A stretch of 13,565 nucleotides of DNA from Candidatus Hadarchaeales archaeon (GTDB taxonomy: Archaea > Hadarchaeota > Hadarchaeia > Hadarchaeales > Hadarchaeaceae): the NCBI GenBank assembly GCA_038851565.1, contig JAWCKV010000025.1, positions 1 to 13,565 of the forward strand, given 5' to 3'. A model generated the notes under the pieces. That model was given only the letters and a program-made list of their open reading frames with translations, was not told the DNA's origin and searched no databases. Of the stretch, positions 1-8,441 are shown piece by piece; within the stretch, counting starts at the first letter, position 1, and each line of letters starts with the position of its first letter. Position numbers and translations under genes: made by a program.

Positions 1-44
1 CGCCTCGGCTGGCAATCGTCCTTTTTGATGACAGCTATTCTCAT
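1..44 (-). CDS. 5' end of ABCE1/RLI1 ribosome recycling ATPase (partial, runs off window)
   Basis: Reverse strand from ATG at 44 reads MRIAVIKKDDCQPR, matching the archaeal ABCE1 N-terminus pattern MRIAV..xDxCxPxxC (start of the Fe-S domain). An SD-like GGGTGG lies just upstream on the minus strand. Only 14 codons are visible. Confidence 0.7.
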   Translation of the reverse strand, partial: MRIAVIKKDDCQPR

Positions 45-94
45 CTGCCCACCCTAGCCAAAGTTTTGGAGCGCTCAATTTACCTTTTTGGTCT

Positions 95-110
95 CGCTAA
101 AGTTTTAATC
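95..110 (+). promoter_or_regulatory. BRE/TATA promoter of the tRNA gene
   Basis: CGCTAAAG followed by TTTTAATC (103-110), about 22-29 nt upstream of the tRNA 5' end, which is typical archaeal spacing. Confidence 0.55.
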
Positions 111-131
111 TATCAGCGAGATTCTCGTTCG

Positions 132-223
132 GGGCCCGTGGCGCAGCATGGTTAGCGCGTTCGGCTGATAACCCGATGTCGGATACCGGAAGGTCGAGGG
201 TTCGAATCCCTCCGGGCCCACCA
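132..223 (+). tRNA. tRNA-Ile(GAU) with 14-nt intron at canonical position 37/38 (171-184) and encoded CCA
   Basis: Acceptor GGGCCCG(132-138)/CGGGCCC(213-219); D stem GCGC/GCGC; anticodon stem TTCGG(160-164)/CCGGA(186-190); anticodon GAT at 167-169; T arm GAGGG-TTCGAAT-CCCTC; discriminator A220 and CCA 221-223. A bulge-helix-bulge forms around the intron. Confidence 0.95.
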
Positions 224-231
224 TTTTTTTT
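224..231 (+). terminator. Oligo-T terminator after tRNA
   Basis: Run of 8 T immediately after CCA; archaeal intrinsic terminators are U-tracts. Confidence 0.7.
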
Positions 232-262
232 ACATAATCGAGCCTCATTTTGGATGGATTAA

Positions 263-1027
263 ATGAAGCTTGTCATAGCGTCCAGAGATGATCCCGCAGC
301 CATGAACATAGCGTCGCATGTCGAGGACCTCATCCGTTCACGGGGGGAACACAACTTACGCCTCGCCAGAGTTTCTGGAGACGTCACAAAATTATCCGGG
401 CTCCCTGAGGAGGCGGATGAGGTCATAGTGGCCTCGAGGCATGTGGCCGAGTCCGGCAGGCGGTCCCTGACCGTTCACGTTCCAGGGAATCCTGAAGAGG
501 GCATCTTCGCGGTTGCATCTCCGTGCACGGTGTGGAAAGCGCTCAGGGCTCTGGCACGTGCAAGGGAGGAGCTGGAGCTCCCGCACACGGTTTCGCTGGA
601 GGCCACGCATCACGGCCCATGTGATCTCGAGGTCCCGGTGACTTTTGTGGAAATAGGCAGCATTGCCGAGCACTGGTTGGATCGCAGGGCCGGAGAGGCG
701 GTTGCGCTTGCCATAATTGAAGCGGCCGCGGATGGAAAAATTTTGAGGAATGCGGTCGGTTTTGGCGGACCGCACTACGCCCCGAGACATACCGATGTGG
801 CGCTTAAAACGGATGTTGCGCCCGGGCACATCTTTCCCGGATATTCAAATTTTAATCGCGCGGCAATCGAAGCTGCGGTAAACCGCACTGCAGGCGGAGT
901 GGAGTTTTTTGTCGTTGACTGGAAGGGACTGAGCGCAGAGCAGAGAAAAATATGCATGAGCTCGGCGGAGGATCTTGGTGTGAAAGCGGTTCGGGCGGGT
1001 GAGCTGATGCCACAACCAAAAGTTTAA
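263..1027 (+). CDS. dtdA: D-aminoacyl-tRNA deacylase (archaeal DTD2 type)
   Basis: Motifs SxxDPAxxNI, SRH...SLTVHxxGN, SLEATHHGP, FVEIGS, GFGGPHYAP and DWKGL; conserved position upstream of ftsZ. Confidence 0.92.
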   Translation: MKLVIASRDDPAAMNIASHVEDLIRSRGEHNLRLARVSGDVTKLSGLPEEADEVIVASRHVAESGRRSLTVHVPGNPEEGIFAVASPCTVWKALRALARAREELELPHTVSLEATHHGPCDLEVPVTFVEIGSIAEHWLDRRAGEAVALAIIEAAADGKILRNAVGFGGPHYAPRHTDVALKTDVAPGHIFPGYSNFNRAAIEAAVNRTAGGVEFFVVDWKGLSAEQRKICMSSAEDLGVKAVRAGELMPQPKV

Positions 1028-1030
1028 ATC
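1016..1030 (+). promoter_or_regulatory. Probable BRE/TATA promoter for the ftsZ operon, overlapping the dtdA stop codon
   Basis: CCAAAAG-TTTAAAT (TTTAAA at 1023-1028), about 40 nt before the TTG at 1066. Confidence 0.55.
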
Positions 1031-1065
1031 AATACTGATGAAAGTCTCTGAAGAGGATTGATATC

Positions 1066-2199
1066 TTGAAAGAAATACTTGGTGCGGTTTTCACTCCGGA
1101 GACCGGGTTCTCAATGGGCAAGCCCGGGATAGCCCCCGAAAGGACGGAGAGGCCCAGGCCAAAGTCGCTGGGCAATGAGGATCTGGAGCAGATACTGCAT
1201 CAAGCCAAGACCAGGATAGCGGCGGTCGGATGCGGCGGAGCCGGGTGCAACACGATCTCCAGAATAGTCGAGGTTGGAATTCAGGGCGCCGAGACGCTTG
1301 CGATAAACACGGATGCTCAGGATTTGCTTTACACTGCCGCGGACAGAAAGATACTGATCGGTAGAGAGCTCACCGGGGGGCTCGGAGCCGGAAATGATCC
1401 TGAGAAGGGAGAATCTGCGGCCAGGGAGGACGAGGCGACGATAAAGGACCATCTTTACGGAATGGATCTGGTTTTCATAACGTGCGGTCTCGGCGGAGGG
1501 ACCGGGACCGGTTCGGCTCCGGTTGTGGCGGAGATCGCAAAAAAGCTCGGCGCGCTGACGGTCTCTGTGGTAACGCTCCCATTCTCCGTCGAAGGAAACA
1601 GGAGAAGGGCGAACGCGGAGTGGGGTCTGGAAAGGCTGAAGGCGGTATCCGATACAGTGATAGTTATTCCGAACGACAAGCTCCTGCAGCTGGCACCGGA
1701 CCTCCCGATAGGTGCATCCTTCAAGGTTTCGGATCAGCTCCTGATGGACGCCATAAAGGGCATAACCGAGATGATAACAAAACCGGGGCTGGTGAACCTG
1801 GATTTCGCTGATATACGGGCGGTGCTGCAGGGAGGTGGGATCGCGATGATAGGGATAGGTGAGTCGGACAGCTCAAACAGGGCGGCAGAGGCTGTTGAGG
1901 AGGCGCTCAACAGTCCGCTGCTGGACGTTGACATCACCGGAGCGAGGGGAGCAATTCTCAACGTTGTCGGGAGTTCGGACATGACGCTTGACGAGGCGGA
2001 ACGCATAGTTGCGAGGGTGTCCGAGAGCCTTGACCCGCAGGCGAACGTGATATGGGGTGCTCAGATATCCAATGACATGATGAACTCAGTTCGGGTCCTC
2101 GTGGTTGTTTCGGGAGTAAAATCACCGTACGCTCTCCGTCCCGAGGAGAGGGCGCCGAAGAAGCCCGCGGATTTCGATCTCGGTCTGGAGGAACTTTAG
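1066..2199 (+). CDS. ftsZ: Cell division protein FtsZ (FtsZ1 type)
   Basis: [24 protein letters not shown], tubulin signature GGGTGTG, PNDKL and NLDFAD; adjacent to secE. The TTG start is uncertain (alternative ATG at 1114). Confidence 0.98.
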   Translation: MKEILGAVFTPETGFSMGKPGIAPERTERPRPKSLGNEDLEQILHQAKTRIAAVGCGGAGCNTISRIVEVGIQGAETLAINTDAQDLLYTAADRKILIGRELTGGLGAGNDPEKGESAAREDEATIKDHLYGMDLVFITCGLGGGTGTGSAPVVAEIAKKLGALTVSVVTLPFSVEGNRRRANAEWGLERLKAVSDTVIVIPNDKLLQLAPDLPIGASFKVSDQLLMDAIKGITEMITKPGLVNLDFADIRAVLQGGGIAMIGIGESDSSNRAAEAVEEALNSPLLDVDITGARGAILNVVGSSDMTLDEAERIVARVSESLDPQANVIWGAQISNDMMNSVRVLVVVSGVKSPYALRPEERAPKKPADFDLGLEEL

Positions 2200-2370
2200 T
2201 TGAGGGAGTTCATTCAGAACTGCAGGAGAATGCTTCAGGTAGCAAAAAAGCCAGGCCGTGAAGAGTACTCCCAGGTCGCAAAGGTGACCGGGCTGGGCAT
2301 CCTGCTGCTGGGTTTTGTTGGTTATGTGATAATGATTATAAACTGGGCGATACAGGAAGTTCTGGCTTGA
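2200..2370 (+). CDS. secE: Protein translocase subunit SecE/Sec61-gamma (56 aa, not in ORF track)
   Basis: TTG start after SD GGAGG (2187-2191). Translation MREFIQNCRRMLQVAKKPGREEYSQVAKVTGLGILLLGFVGYVIMIINWAIQEVLA has the KKP..EE(F/Y) motif plus one transmembrane helix. Canonical position between ftsZ and spt5. Confidence 0.93.
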   Translation: MREFIQNCRRMLQVAKKPGREEYSQVAKVTGLGILLLGFVGYVIMIINWAIQEVLA

Positions 2371-2380
2371 GGCGAGCCTT

Positions 2381-2845
2381 ATGGAGGATCAGAGAATTCG
2401 CATATTTGCTGTCAGGACGACTATAGGACAGGAGAAAAACTCCGTGGACATGATGATCAGCCGGGCCAAGGATTCGGGAATTCCAGTAAAGCTGGCAATG
2501 GCCGTACCGGGGGAGATCAAGGGATATGTGTTCGTCGAGGCGGCGGACAAGGTCAGCGTCGAGCAGGCAAGGGCGGGGGTAAAGCACGCGAGAGGGGTGG
2601 TGGCAGGAGAGGTACCGCTAAGCGAGCTTGAGCAGTTCCTTGCGCCCAGACCGTCGATAACCGGGATGGAGGTGGGAGACGTGGTGGAGCTGATTTCAGG
2701 ACCCTTCCGCGGCGAGAGGGCCAGGATCATAAGGGTGGATGAGGGCAAGGAGGAGCTCACCGTGGAGCTTTTTGAGGCAACCGTTCCGATTCCGGTCACG
2801 GTCAGGGGTGACGCTGTGAAGGTGATTCAAAAGAAGGAGGGATGA
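2381..2845 (+). CDS. spt5: Transcription elongation factor Spt5 (NusG homolog)
   Basis: NGN domain (FAVRTTIGQEK, KGYVFVEA) and KOW motif (GDVVELISGPFRGERARI). Confidence 0.97.
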   Translation: MEDQRIRIFAVRTTIGQEKNSVDMMISRAKDSGIPVKLAMAVPGEIKGYVFVEAADKVSVEQARAGVKHARGVVAGEVPLSELEQFLAPRPSITGMEVGDVVELISGPFRGERARIIRVDEGKEELTVELFEATVPIPVTVRGDAVKVIQKKEG

Positions 2846-3138
2846 CGTTGAAGGCGAAGGACGTGAAACCTAACATGCGCAGGATTGATCTCGAGCTTTC
2901 CATAGTGGAGATTGAGGAGCCGCGCTCGTATGTCAGAAGAGACGGAACACAGGGCAGGGTGACCACGGCGATAGCAGAGGACGATTCAGGAAGAATAAAG
3001 CTCTCCCTCTGGGACGCCGAGATAGACAGGGTTAAGGTCGGAGACAGGGTTAAGGTGACAAACGGTTACGCCAGGACCTTCCGGGATGAGGTTCACGTCA
3101 GTGCTGGCATTTACGGCAAGCTAGAGGTTATAAAGTAA
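2842..3138 (+). CDS. Single OB-fold ssDNA-binding protein (crenarchaeal SSB / RPA OB-like)
   Basis: KDVKPNM...DDSGRIKLSLWD...GDRVKVTNGY..F resembles the Sulfolobus SSB OB fold (LKPNM, DETGRVKLTLW, IENAW..F). ATGA overlap with spt5 and SD GGAGG upstream. Confidence 0.82.
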   Translation: MTLKAKDVKPNMRRIDLELSIVEIEEPRSYVRRDGTQGRVTTAIAEDDSGRIKLSLWDAEIDRVKVGDRVKVTNGYARTFRDEVHVSAGIYGKLEVIK

Positions 3139-3191
3139 TCCAGCGTATCTCTTTTTATCTACTCCTGAAAAGATGTGGAGGGGCGATAGGA

Positions 3192-3677
3192 TTGACTTCA
3201 AAAATAAAGGTGCTCGTTGAGGGAGGGAAGGCGTCTCCCGGCCCACCCCTAGGTCCGGCGCTCGGACCTCTAGGAGTTAACATAGGACAAGTCGTCGCAA
3301 AGATAAATGAGAAGACAGCCCAGTTCTCCGGAATGAAGGTACCTGTCACGGTAATAGTGGACAAGGACAAGAAGGTCGAGGTCGAGGTCGGATCTCCACC
3401 AGTTTCTTCGCTGATAAAAAAAGAGATCGGACTTGAAAAAGGAGCAAAAACCGCGGGAAAAGAGGTCGTGGGGGACATCAGCTTCGTTCAGGTGGTGAAG
3501 ATAGCCAGGATGAAGCAGAGTGGGTCTCTGGCCAGAAACATAAGGAGCGCGGTGATGGAAGTTCTGGGCACCTGCGTGAGCACTGGCGTCACCGTGGACG
3601 GTAAGGACCCAAGGGATGTCCAGAATGAGGTCATGGAAGGAAAGAGGGATGAGGAGATGAGGGAAAATGCAGGTTGA
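3192..3677 (+). CDS. rpl11: 50S ribosomal protein uL11
   Basis: GGKASPGPPLGPALGPLG and EVLGTCVSTGVTVDG; TTG start preceded by GGAGGGG. Confidence 0.97.
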   Translation: MTSKIKVLVEGGKASPGPPLGPALGPLGVNIGQVVAKINEKTAQFSGMKVPVTVIVDKDKKVEVEVGSPPVSSLIKKEIGLEKGAKTAGKEVVGDISFVQVVKIARMKQSGSLARNIRSAVMEVLGTCVSTGVTVDGKDPRDVQNEVMEGKRDEEMRENAG

Positions 3678-4317
3678 GAAATTTTTGGAACTTGTGAAGC
3701 AGATGCGGTCAAAATCGGAAAAGAGGAAATTCGAGCAGTCGGTTGAGATGACTCTCATGATAAGGGGCATTGACACCAAAAAACCTGAAGGGAGAATTTC
3801 CGGTGAGGCAATGCTCCCGCATCAGCCCGGCAGACCGGCAAAGGTGGCCCTTTTTGCGGACGGTGAACTCGCAAGAGTCGGAAGGGATTCAGGGGTGGAC
3901 ACGGTGCTGTCCAGAGACGATATAGGAAGATTGGGTGATGAAAAGCGGGAGCTCAGAAAGCTCGCTGAGGAGCACGATTTCATACTCGCCCAGGCAGACA
4001 TGATGGTCGCAATAGGGAAATCCCTCGGAAAGGTTCTGGGTCCTAGGGACAAGATGCCCAGACCGATTCCTCCTACGGCAAATCTGAAGCCGCTGGTGGA
4101 GCGCATGAGGAAGACCGTGAGATTCAGGGCAAGGGACCAGCAGGCGATCAGCGTCAGGATCGGGACAGAGGGTATGTCCGACGAGCAGCTGGCTGAGAAT
4201 GCGCGTTCGGTGTTCGAGGCGGTAAAGCAGAAGGTGGAGGAAAAGAAGGGCGAGATAAAAAAGGTGACCCTAAAGACCACGATGGGAAAACCGGTAAAGA
4301 TGGGGGTGGAAGAGTGA
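3667..4317 (+). CDS. rpl1: 50S ribosomal protein uL1
   Basis: KRKFEQSVE, LPH, LGKVLGPRDKMP, LAENA and KTTMGK motifs; canonical position. Confidence 0.97.
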   Translation: MQVEKFLELVKQMRSKSEKRKFEQSVEMTLMIRGIDTKKPEGRISGEAMLPHQPGRPAKVALFADGELARVGRDSGVDTVLSRDDIGRLGDEKRELRKLAEEHDFILAQADMMVAIGKSLGKVLGPRDKMPRPIPPTANLKPLVERMRKTVRFRARDQQAISVRIGTEGMSDEQLAENARSVFEAVKQKVEEKKGEIKKVTLKTTMGKPVKMGVEE

Positions 4318-5294
4318 TCTCAGCAAGCGGTGCAAAGATTCCTGATTGGAAGATAGGAGTAGTCGAGGAACTGAAGGATCTTTTCTTAAAGTATCCGGTT
4401 GTTGGAGTTGCCGACATATCCGAGGTACCCGCCCGCCAGTTCCAGCAGCTGAGGCGCAAGCTCGGAGACGATATGAGGATAGTTGTGGCAAAGAACACCC
4501 TCATCGCCAGGGCAGTTGATGGGGTCTCATCTGAGAAGCCGAAGCTTTCCGAAATCAAGAAATTCCTGAGCGGTCAGGTCGCCCTCGTGTTTTCAAATGT
4601 CAATCCGTTTAAGCTTAACAGGATCCTCAGAGAAAACAGGGTAAACGCGCCTGCCAGGGTCGGGTCAATTTCTTCTAAAGATGTGGTGATCCCAGCGGGA
4701 GAGACCGATTTCTCACCCGGCCCCATGGTGGCGGAACTCCAGCGGGTCGGGCTTAAGGCGAGGATCCAGGCGGGTAAGGTCGTTATACTCGAGGAGTGCA
4801 GGCTGCTGAAGGCGGGTGACGTGATAACAAAGGAGATCTCAGATACGCTGGCAAAGTTCGGAATACTTCCTGTTGAACTCGGCGCGAGGATGAAAGCCGC
4901 GTATGAGGACGGACTGACGTTTTCGGGAGAGGTGCTGGACTATGACGAGGCCAAGGCAGTCGAGCAGCTCAGGGCCGCATGGACGAGTTCGTTCAACCTG
5001 GCGCTCAACATCGAGTACCCGACAGGTGAAACAGTATCGCTGCTGCTGGCAAAGGCCCACTCGAGGGCGATCTGCCTCGCGGTGGCGGAGCATCTCCCTG
5101 TTGGAGAGGTTATGCACTGGGTACTGGCGGAAGCGCATCGGAAGATGCTTTCACTCGCGTTTTCGGCAGGCGGAAGGAACAGCAAAGCGCTGGACCCGGA
5201 GCTCTCCGGCATGTTGGGAATGGCCACCGAAGACGTTAAAAAGGAGGAAGCAGAGGAAAAAAAGCAAGAGGTTGAAGGAGGACAGCAGAACTGA
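4314..5294 (+). CDS. rpl10: 50S ribosomal protein uL10 / aP0
   Basis: IPDWK..V, Q.RRKL, KNTL..RA, NPFKL and GETDFSPGP; archaeal insertion domain and helical spine present; GTG start overlapping the rpl1 stop. Confidence 0.96.
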   Translation: MISASGAKIPDWKIGVVEELKDLFLKYPVVGVADISEVPARQFQQLRRKLGDDMRIVVAKNTLIARAVDGVSSEKPKLSEIKKFLSGQVALVFSNVNPFKLNRILRENRVNAPARVGSISSKDVVIPAGETDFSPGPMVAELQRVGLKARIQAGKVVILEECRLLKAGDVITKEISDTLAKFGILPVELGARMKAAYEDGLTFSGEVLDYDEAKAVEQLRAAWTSSFNLALNIEYPTGETVSLLLAKAHSRAICLAVAEHLPVGEVMHWVLAEAHRKMLSLAFSAGGRNSKALDPELSGMLGMATEDVKKEEAEEKKQEVEGGQQN

Positions 5295-5315
5295 CGCTTA
5301 CCGGAGGTGTGATGA

Positions 5316-5630
5316 ATGGAATACGTGTACGGAGCACTTGTGCTGCACTCTGCGGGAAAGAAGGTGGACGAGGAAGGGCTACGTAACGTTCTGAAGGCAG
5401 CAGGCATAGAGGTCGACGAGGCAAGGGTTAAAGCCCTGGTGTCTGCGCTTGAGGGCGTCAATATAGATGAGGCTATAAAGGGCGCAGCCCTGCCGGCTGT
5501 GGCAGCCCCGGCAGCACCGGCCGCTCAGGCTCCAGCGGGTGAAAAGAAGGAGAAGAAAGAGGAGAAGAAGGTCGAAGAGGAAAAGAAGGAAGAGGAAGCC
5601 CTGGCAGGACTGGGCGCCCTTTTCGGCTGA
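5316..5630 (+). CDS. rpl12: 50S ribosomal stalk protein P1 (aL12)
   Basis: [12 protein letters not shown]-terminus, Ala/Pro hinge, EEKKEEE tract and C-terminal LAGLGALFG; strong SD GGAGGTG. Confidence 0.98.
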   Translation: MEYVYGALVLHSAGKKVDEEGLRNVLKAAGIEVDEARVKALVSALEGVNIDEAIKGAALPAVAAPAAPAAQAPAGEKKEKKEEKKVEEEKKEEEALAGLGALFG

Positions 5631-5683
5631 GACCCGCGTTTTCCGCATCGGTTAAATCTTTTACCCAAGGCGAGTATATCTGG

Positions 5684-8440
5684 TTGGCGGTGCAGGCCTT
5701 GGCGGAAAGCATATACAGAGTTGAGCTTTTCAGGCGCAGGGGATTTGAGAGAAAGAAGTGCGAGGGATGCGGCAGGACTTTCTGGACGCTCGATCCGGAG
5801 AGGAGAAGATGCGGGGATACCCCATGCGTTGAGTACGGCTTCATAGGGAACCCGCCGACCAAGAGGAGACGCACGCTTCAGGAGATGGAGAGACTTTTTC
5901 TCGGTTTCTTCGGAAAGAGGAGTCACAGCGTGATAAAAAGGTATCCGGTCGTCGCTAGATGGAGGGACGACATATTTCTGACGATAGCATCGATAGCCAA
6001 CTTCCAGCCATGGGTGACCGGAGGTCTCGCGCCACCCCCGGCCAACCCGCTCGTTGTAAGCCAGCCGAGCATACGCCTGAAGGACATTGACAACGTCGGA
6101 CGGTCCGGAAAACACTTCACGCTTTTCTTCATGGGAGGACACCACGCATTCAACACCAGGAGCGAGAGGATATACTGGAACGATGAGACCGTGTCTCTCT
6201 GCCACGGTTTTCTCACAAGAGGGCTCGGCATAGACGAGGACGAGATAACATACGTGCAGGACTTCTGGGAGGGAGGAGGGAACGCCGGGGAGGACTTTGA
6301 GGTAAATGTCAGGGGACTTGAAGTCGCAACTCTGGTGTTCATGAGGTACGCCATCGGCAACGGAACCAGGACCCCCCTTCCCCTTAAGATCGTGGACACC
6401 GGATACGGTCTGGAGCGCCTCTCGTGGATCACTCAGGGCACACCTTCATGCTATGAGGCGATATTCCCGAAGGAGGTTAGGATGATAATGGATATGGCCG
6501 GAATAGAGCGCCCTCCCGCCCATGTTCTTGCTGAGAACTCAAAGCTTGCTGGAGTGATGGATGTCGGGAGCGGGCGTGACCTCAGGATGCTGAGAGAAAG
6601 GGTAGCGGAAAAAACCGGCATGACCGTAGATGAGCTTGAAAGGATGCTTGCACCGGTCGAGGCAGTTTATGCAGTGGCAGACCATCTCAGATGTCTGGCG
6701 TTCATGTTCGGTGACGGCGTAACTCCGAGCAATGTCAGGGAGGGCTATCTGGCGAGGAGCGTTCTCAGGCGCGCGCTGTGGCAGATGAGGGTGCTCGGTC
6801 TAAAAAAGCCGCTCTCCGAACTGATGGAGTTCGAGCTGGAGCGGCTGGCGGAGAGCTTCCCGGAGTTCAGGGAGAAAAGGGAGCACATAATTGAGGTCGT
6901 GGACAGCGAGGAGCGCAAATACGTCGATGCGGTTTCCAGGGGGACGAGGATGGTAGAGAGAATTGCAGTGGAGGCGCGGTCGAGGGGGGGCGGAATACCG
7001 GTTGAGAAGCTTGTGGAGCTCTACGACAGCCAGGGCCTCACCCCGGACATAGTGAAGGAAGTTGCTGAGAGGATGGGGGTCGGGGTTGAGGTGCCAGAGG
7101 ACTTTTACTCCATGGTTACGAAATCCCAGAGCAGGCCGAGGCATGTCGCCGGCTCGGTTAAAGAGATCCCGCAGGACAGGATTAAAGGGCTGCGCCCGAC
7201 GAGGCTTATCTTCTACGATTCGCCCAAGACCTCGGAGTTCAGGGCCAGAGTTGTGAGGACCTTCGATGATTACGTTGTCCTCGACCGGACGGCTTTCTAC
7301 CCGGAGGGTGGAGGGCAGCCGTCCGACACTGGATTTCTTGTTGCGGACGGGTTCAAGACAAGGGTTGTTGAGGCGGTGAGGTCGGGAGACATAGTTCTGC
7401 ACCGGGTCGAGCAGAACCGGTTCAGAAAGGGGCAGATCGTCAGAGGATTCCTTGACTGGGAAAAGAGAAGGTCGCTCATGATGCACCACACGGCCACTCA
7501 CATACTACTGGGGGCGGCCAGAAGGGTCCTAGGCCCGCACATCTGGCAGCAGGGAGTCCAGAAGGGCGTTGACAGAACAAGGCTGGACATCTCCCATTTC
7601 AGGAGAGTATCGGATGATGAGCTGAGGAGGATAGAGAGGCTTTCAAACCAGGTTGTGATCGAAAACAGGCAGGTTAGGACGGCGTGGATGGGACGGAATG
7701 AGGCCGAGAAGAGGTACGGATTCGATCTCTACCAGGGAGGCGTGGTCCCTGGAAGGATGATAAGGGTGGTGGAGGTAGATGGCTGGAACACCCAGGCCTG
7801 TGCCGGAACCCACTGCGAGAGCACGGGCGAGGTCGGGCTGATAAAGGTGATAAGGACCGAGCGCATTCAGGACGGAATCGAGAGGATTGAGTTCGCATCA
7901 GGTCTCTCCGCACTTGACATAGTGAGCGGCTGGGAGAGGGAACTGAAAAAGGCCGCGGAAGCTCTCAGGACATCTCCGGATGGAGTTTCATCTGCGGTCG
8001 GAGAGCTGTTCGGGCAGTGGAAGGAGTCGCAGAAGAAGATAGAGGCTTTCAGGGAGAGAATGGCGGGCTGGCTCTCAGAGGTTTTGATCGGTCGGGCGAT
8101 AATGGTCGGTGATTTCAGGGTCGTGTGCGAGGTGGTTGAGGGGGCGGGACCCGAGGAACTCATCAAGCTGTGCTCGGCCCTGACTGATGATAAGGACGAT
8201 GTCGTGGCGCTGCTCGCCTCAGCTGAGGGGGGAAGGGCGAACCTTGCCGCGATGGCTGGTGCAGCGGCGGTCAGGGCTGGGGTCAACTGCGGATCGATAA
8301 TCTCTGAGATTTCCAGGATCGTCGGAGGCGGCGGGGGCGGAAGAGACAACATGGCACAGGGCGGCGGACCCGAAGCGAACATGTTAAAAGCTGCCGTGGA
8401 TAAAGCATTTGAACTGATCAGGCGCAGCCTGCAGGGGTAA
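5684..8440 (+). CDS. alaS: Alanine--tRNA ligase (archaeal type)
   Basis: N-terminal CxxC..FWT..CGDxPC, YPVVARWRDD, DTGYGLER, ADHLR, LYDSQG, editing domain HTATH...CAGTH and C-Ala GGGGGR..AQGGG. Start is TTG 5684 or GTG 5690. Confidence 0.98.
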   Translation: MAVQALAESIYRVELFRRRGFERKKCEGCGRTFWTLDPERRRCGDTPCVEYGFIGNPPTKRRRTLQEMERLFLGFFGKRSHSVIKRYPVVARWRDDIFLTIASIANFQPWVTGGLAPPPANPLVVSQPSIRLKDIDNVGRSGKHFTLFFMGGHHAFNTRSERIYWNDETVSLCHGFLTRGLGIDEDEITYVQDFWEGGGNAGEDFEVNVRGLEVATLVFMRYAIGNGTRTPLPLKIVDTGYGLERLSWITQGTPSCYEAIFPKEVRMIMDMAGIERPPAHVLAENSKLAGVMDVGSGRDLRMLRERVAEKTGMTVDELERMLAPVEAVYAVADHLRCLAFMFGDGVTPSNVREGYLARSVLRRALWQMRVLGLKKPLSELMEFELERLAESFPEFREKREHIIEVVDSEERKYVDAVSRGTRMVERIAVEARSRGGGIPVEKLVELYDSQGLTPDIVKEVAERMGVGVEVPEDFYSMVTKSQSRPRHVAGSVKEIPQDRIKGLRPTRLIFYDSPKTSEFRARVVRTFDDYVVLDRTAFYPEGGGQPSDTGFLVADGFKTRVVEAVRSGDIVLHRVEQNRFRKGQIVRGFLDWEKRRSLMMHHTATHILLGAARRVLGPHIWQQGVQKGVDRTRLDISHFRRVSDDELRRIERLSNQVVIENRQVRTAWMGRNEAEKRYGFDLYQGGVVPGRMIRVVEVDGWNTQACAGTHCESTGEVGLIKVIRTERIQDGIERIEFASGLSALDIVSGWERELKKAAEALRTSPDGVSSAVGELFGQWKESQKKIEAFRERMAGWLSEVLIGRAIMVGDFRVVCEVVEGAGPEELIKLCSALTDDKDDVVALLASAEGGRANLAAMAGAAAVRAGVNCGSIISEISRIVGGGGGGRDNMAQGGGPEANMLKAAVDKAFELIRRSLQG

Positions 8441-8441
8441 T

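Noticed and set aside
3024..3056. 15-bp direct repeat AGACAGGGTTAAGGT x2 (period 18) in the SSB-like gene
   Set aside because: It encodes DRVKV-G-DRVKV within a normal-length OB fold, has only two copies, and is neither CRISPR nor a mobile-element end.
3139..3191. Possible hairpin or regulatory RNA in the rpl11 leader
   Set aside because: Only short, weak pairings (TCTTTT/AAAAGA, CTCC/GGAG) are present; the T-rich stretch could be a TATA box or terminator but cannot be assigned.
3690..3740. Possible Methanococcus-type L1 autoregulatory site in the 5' part of rpl1
   Set aside because: The equivalent position reads GTGAAGCAGATG...AGGAAATTCGAG and lacks the GGAGG/GCGAAAC core and its pairing.
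5490..5600. Low-complexity GCN and GAA/AAG repeats
   Set aside because: These encode the normal Ala/Pro hinge and Glu/Lys tract of P1.
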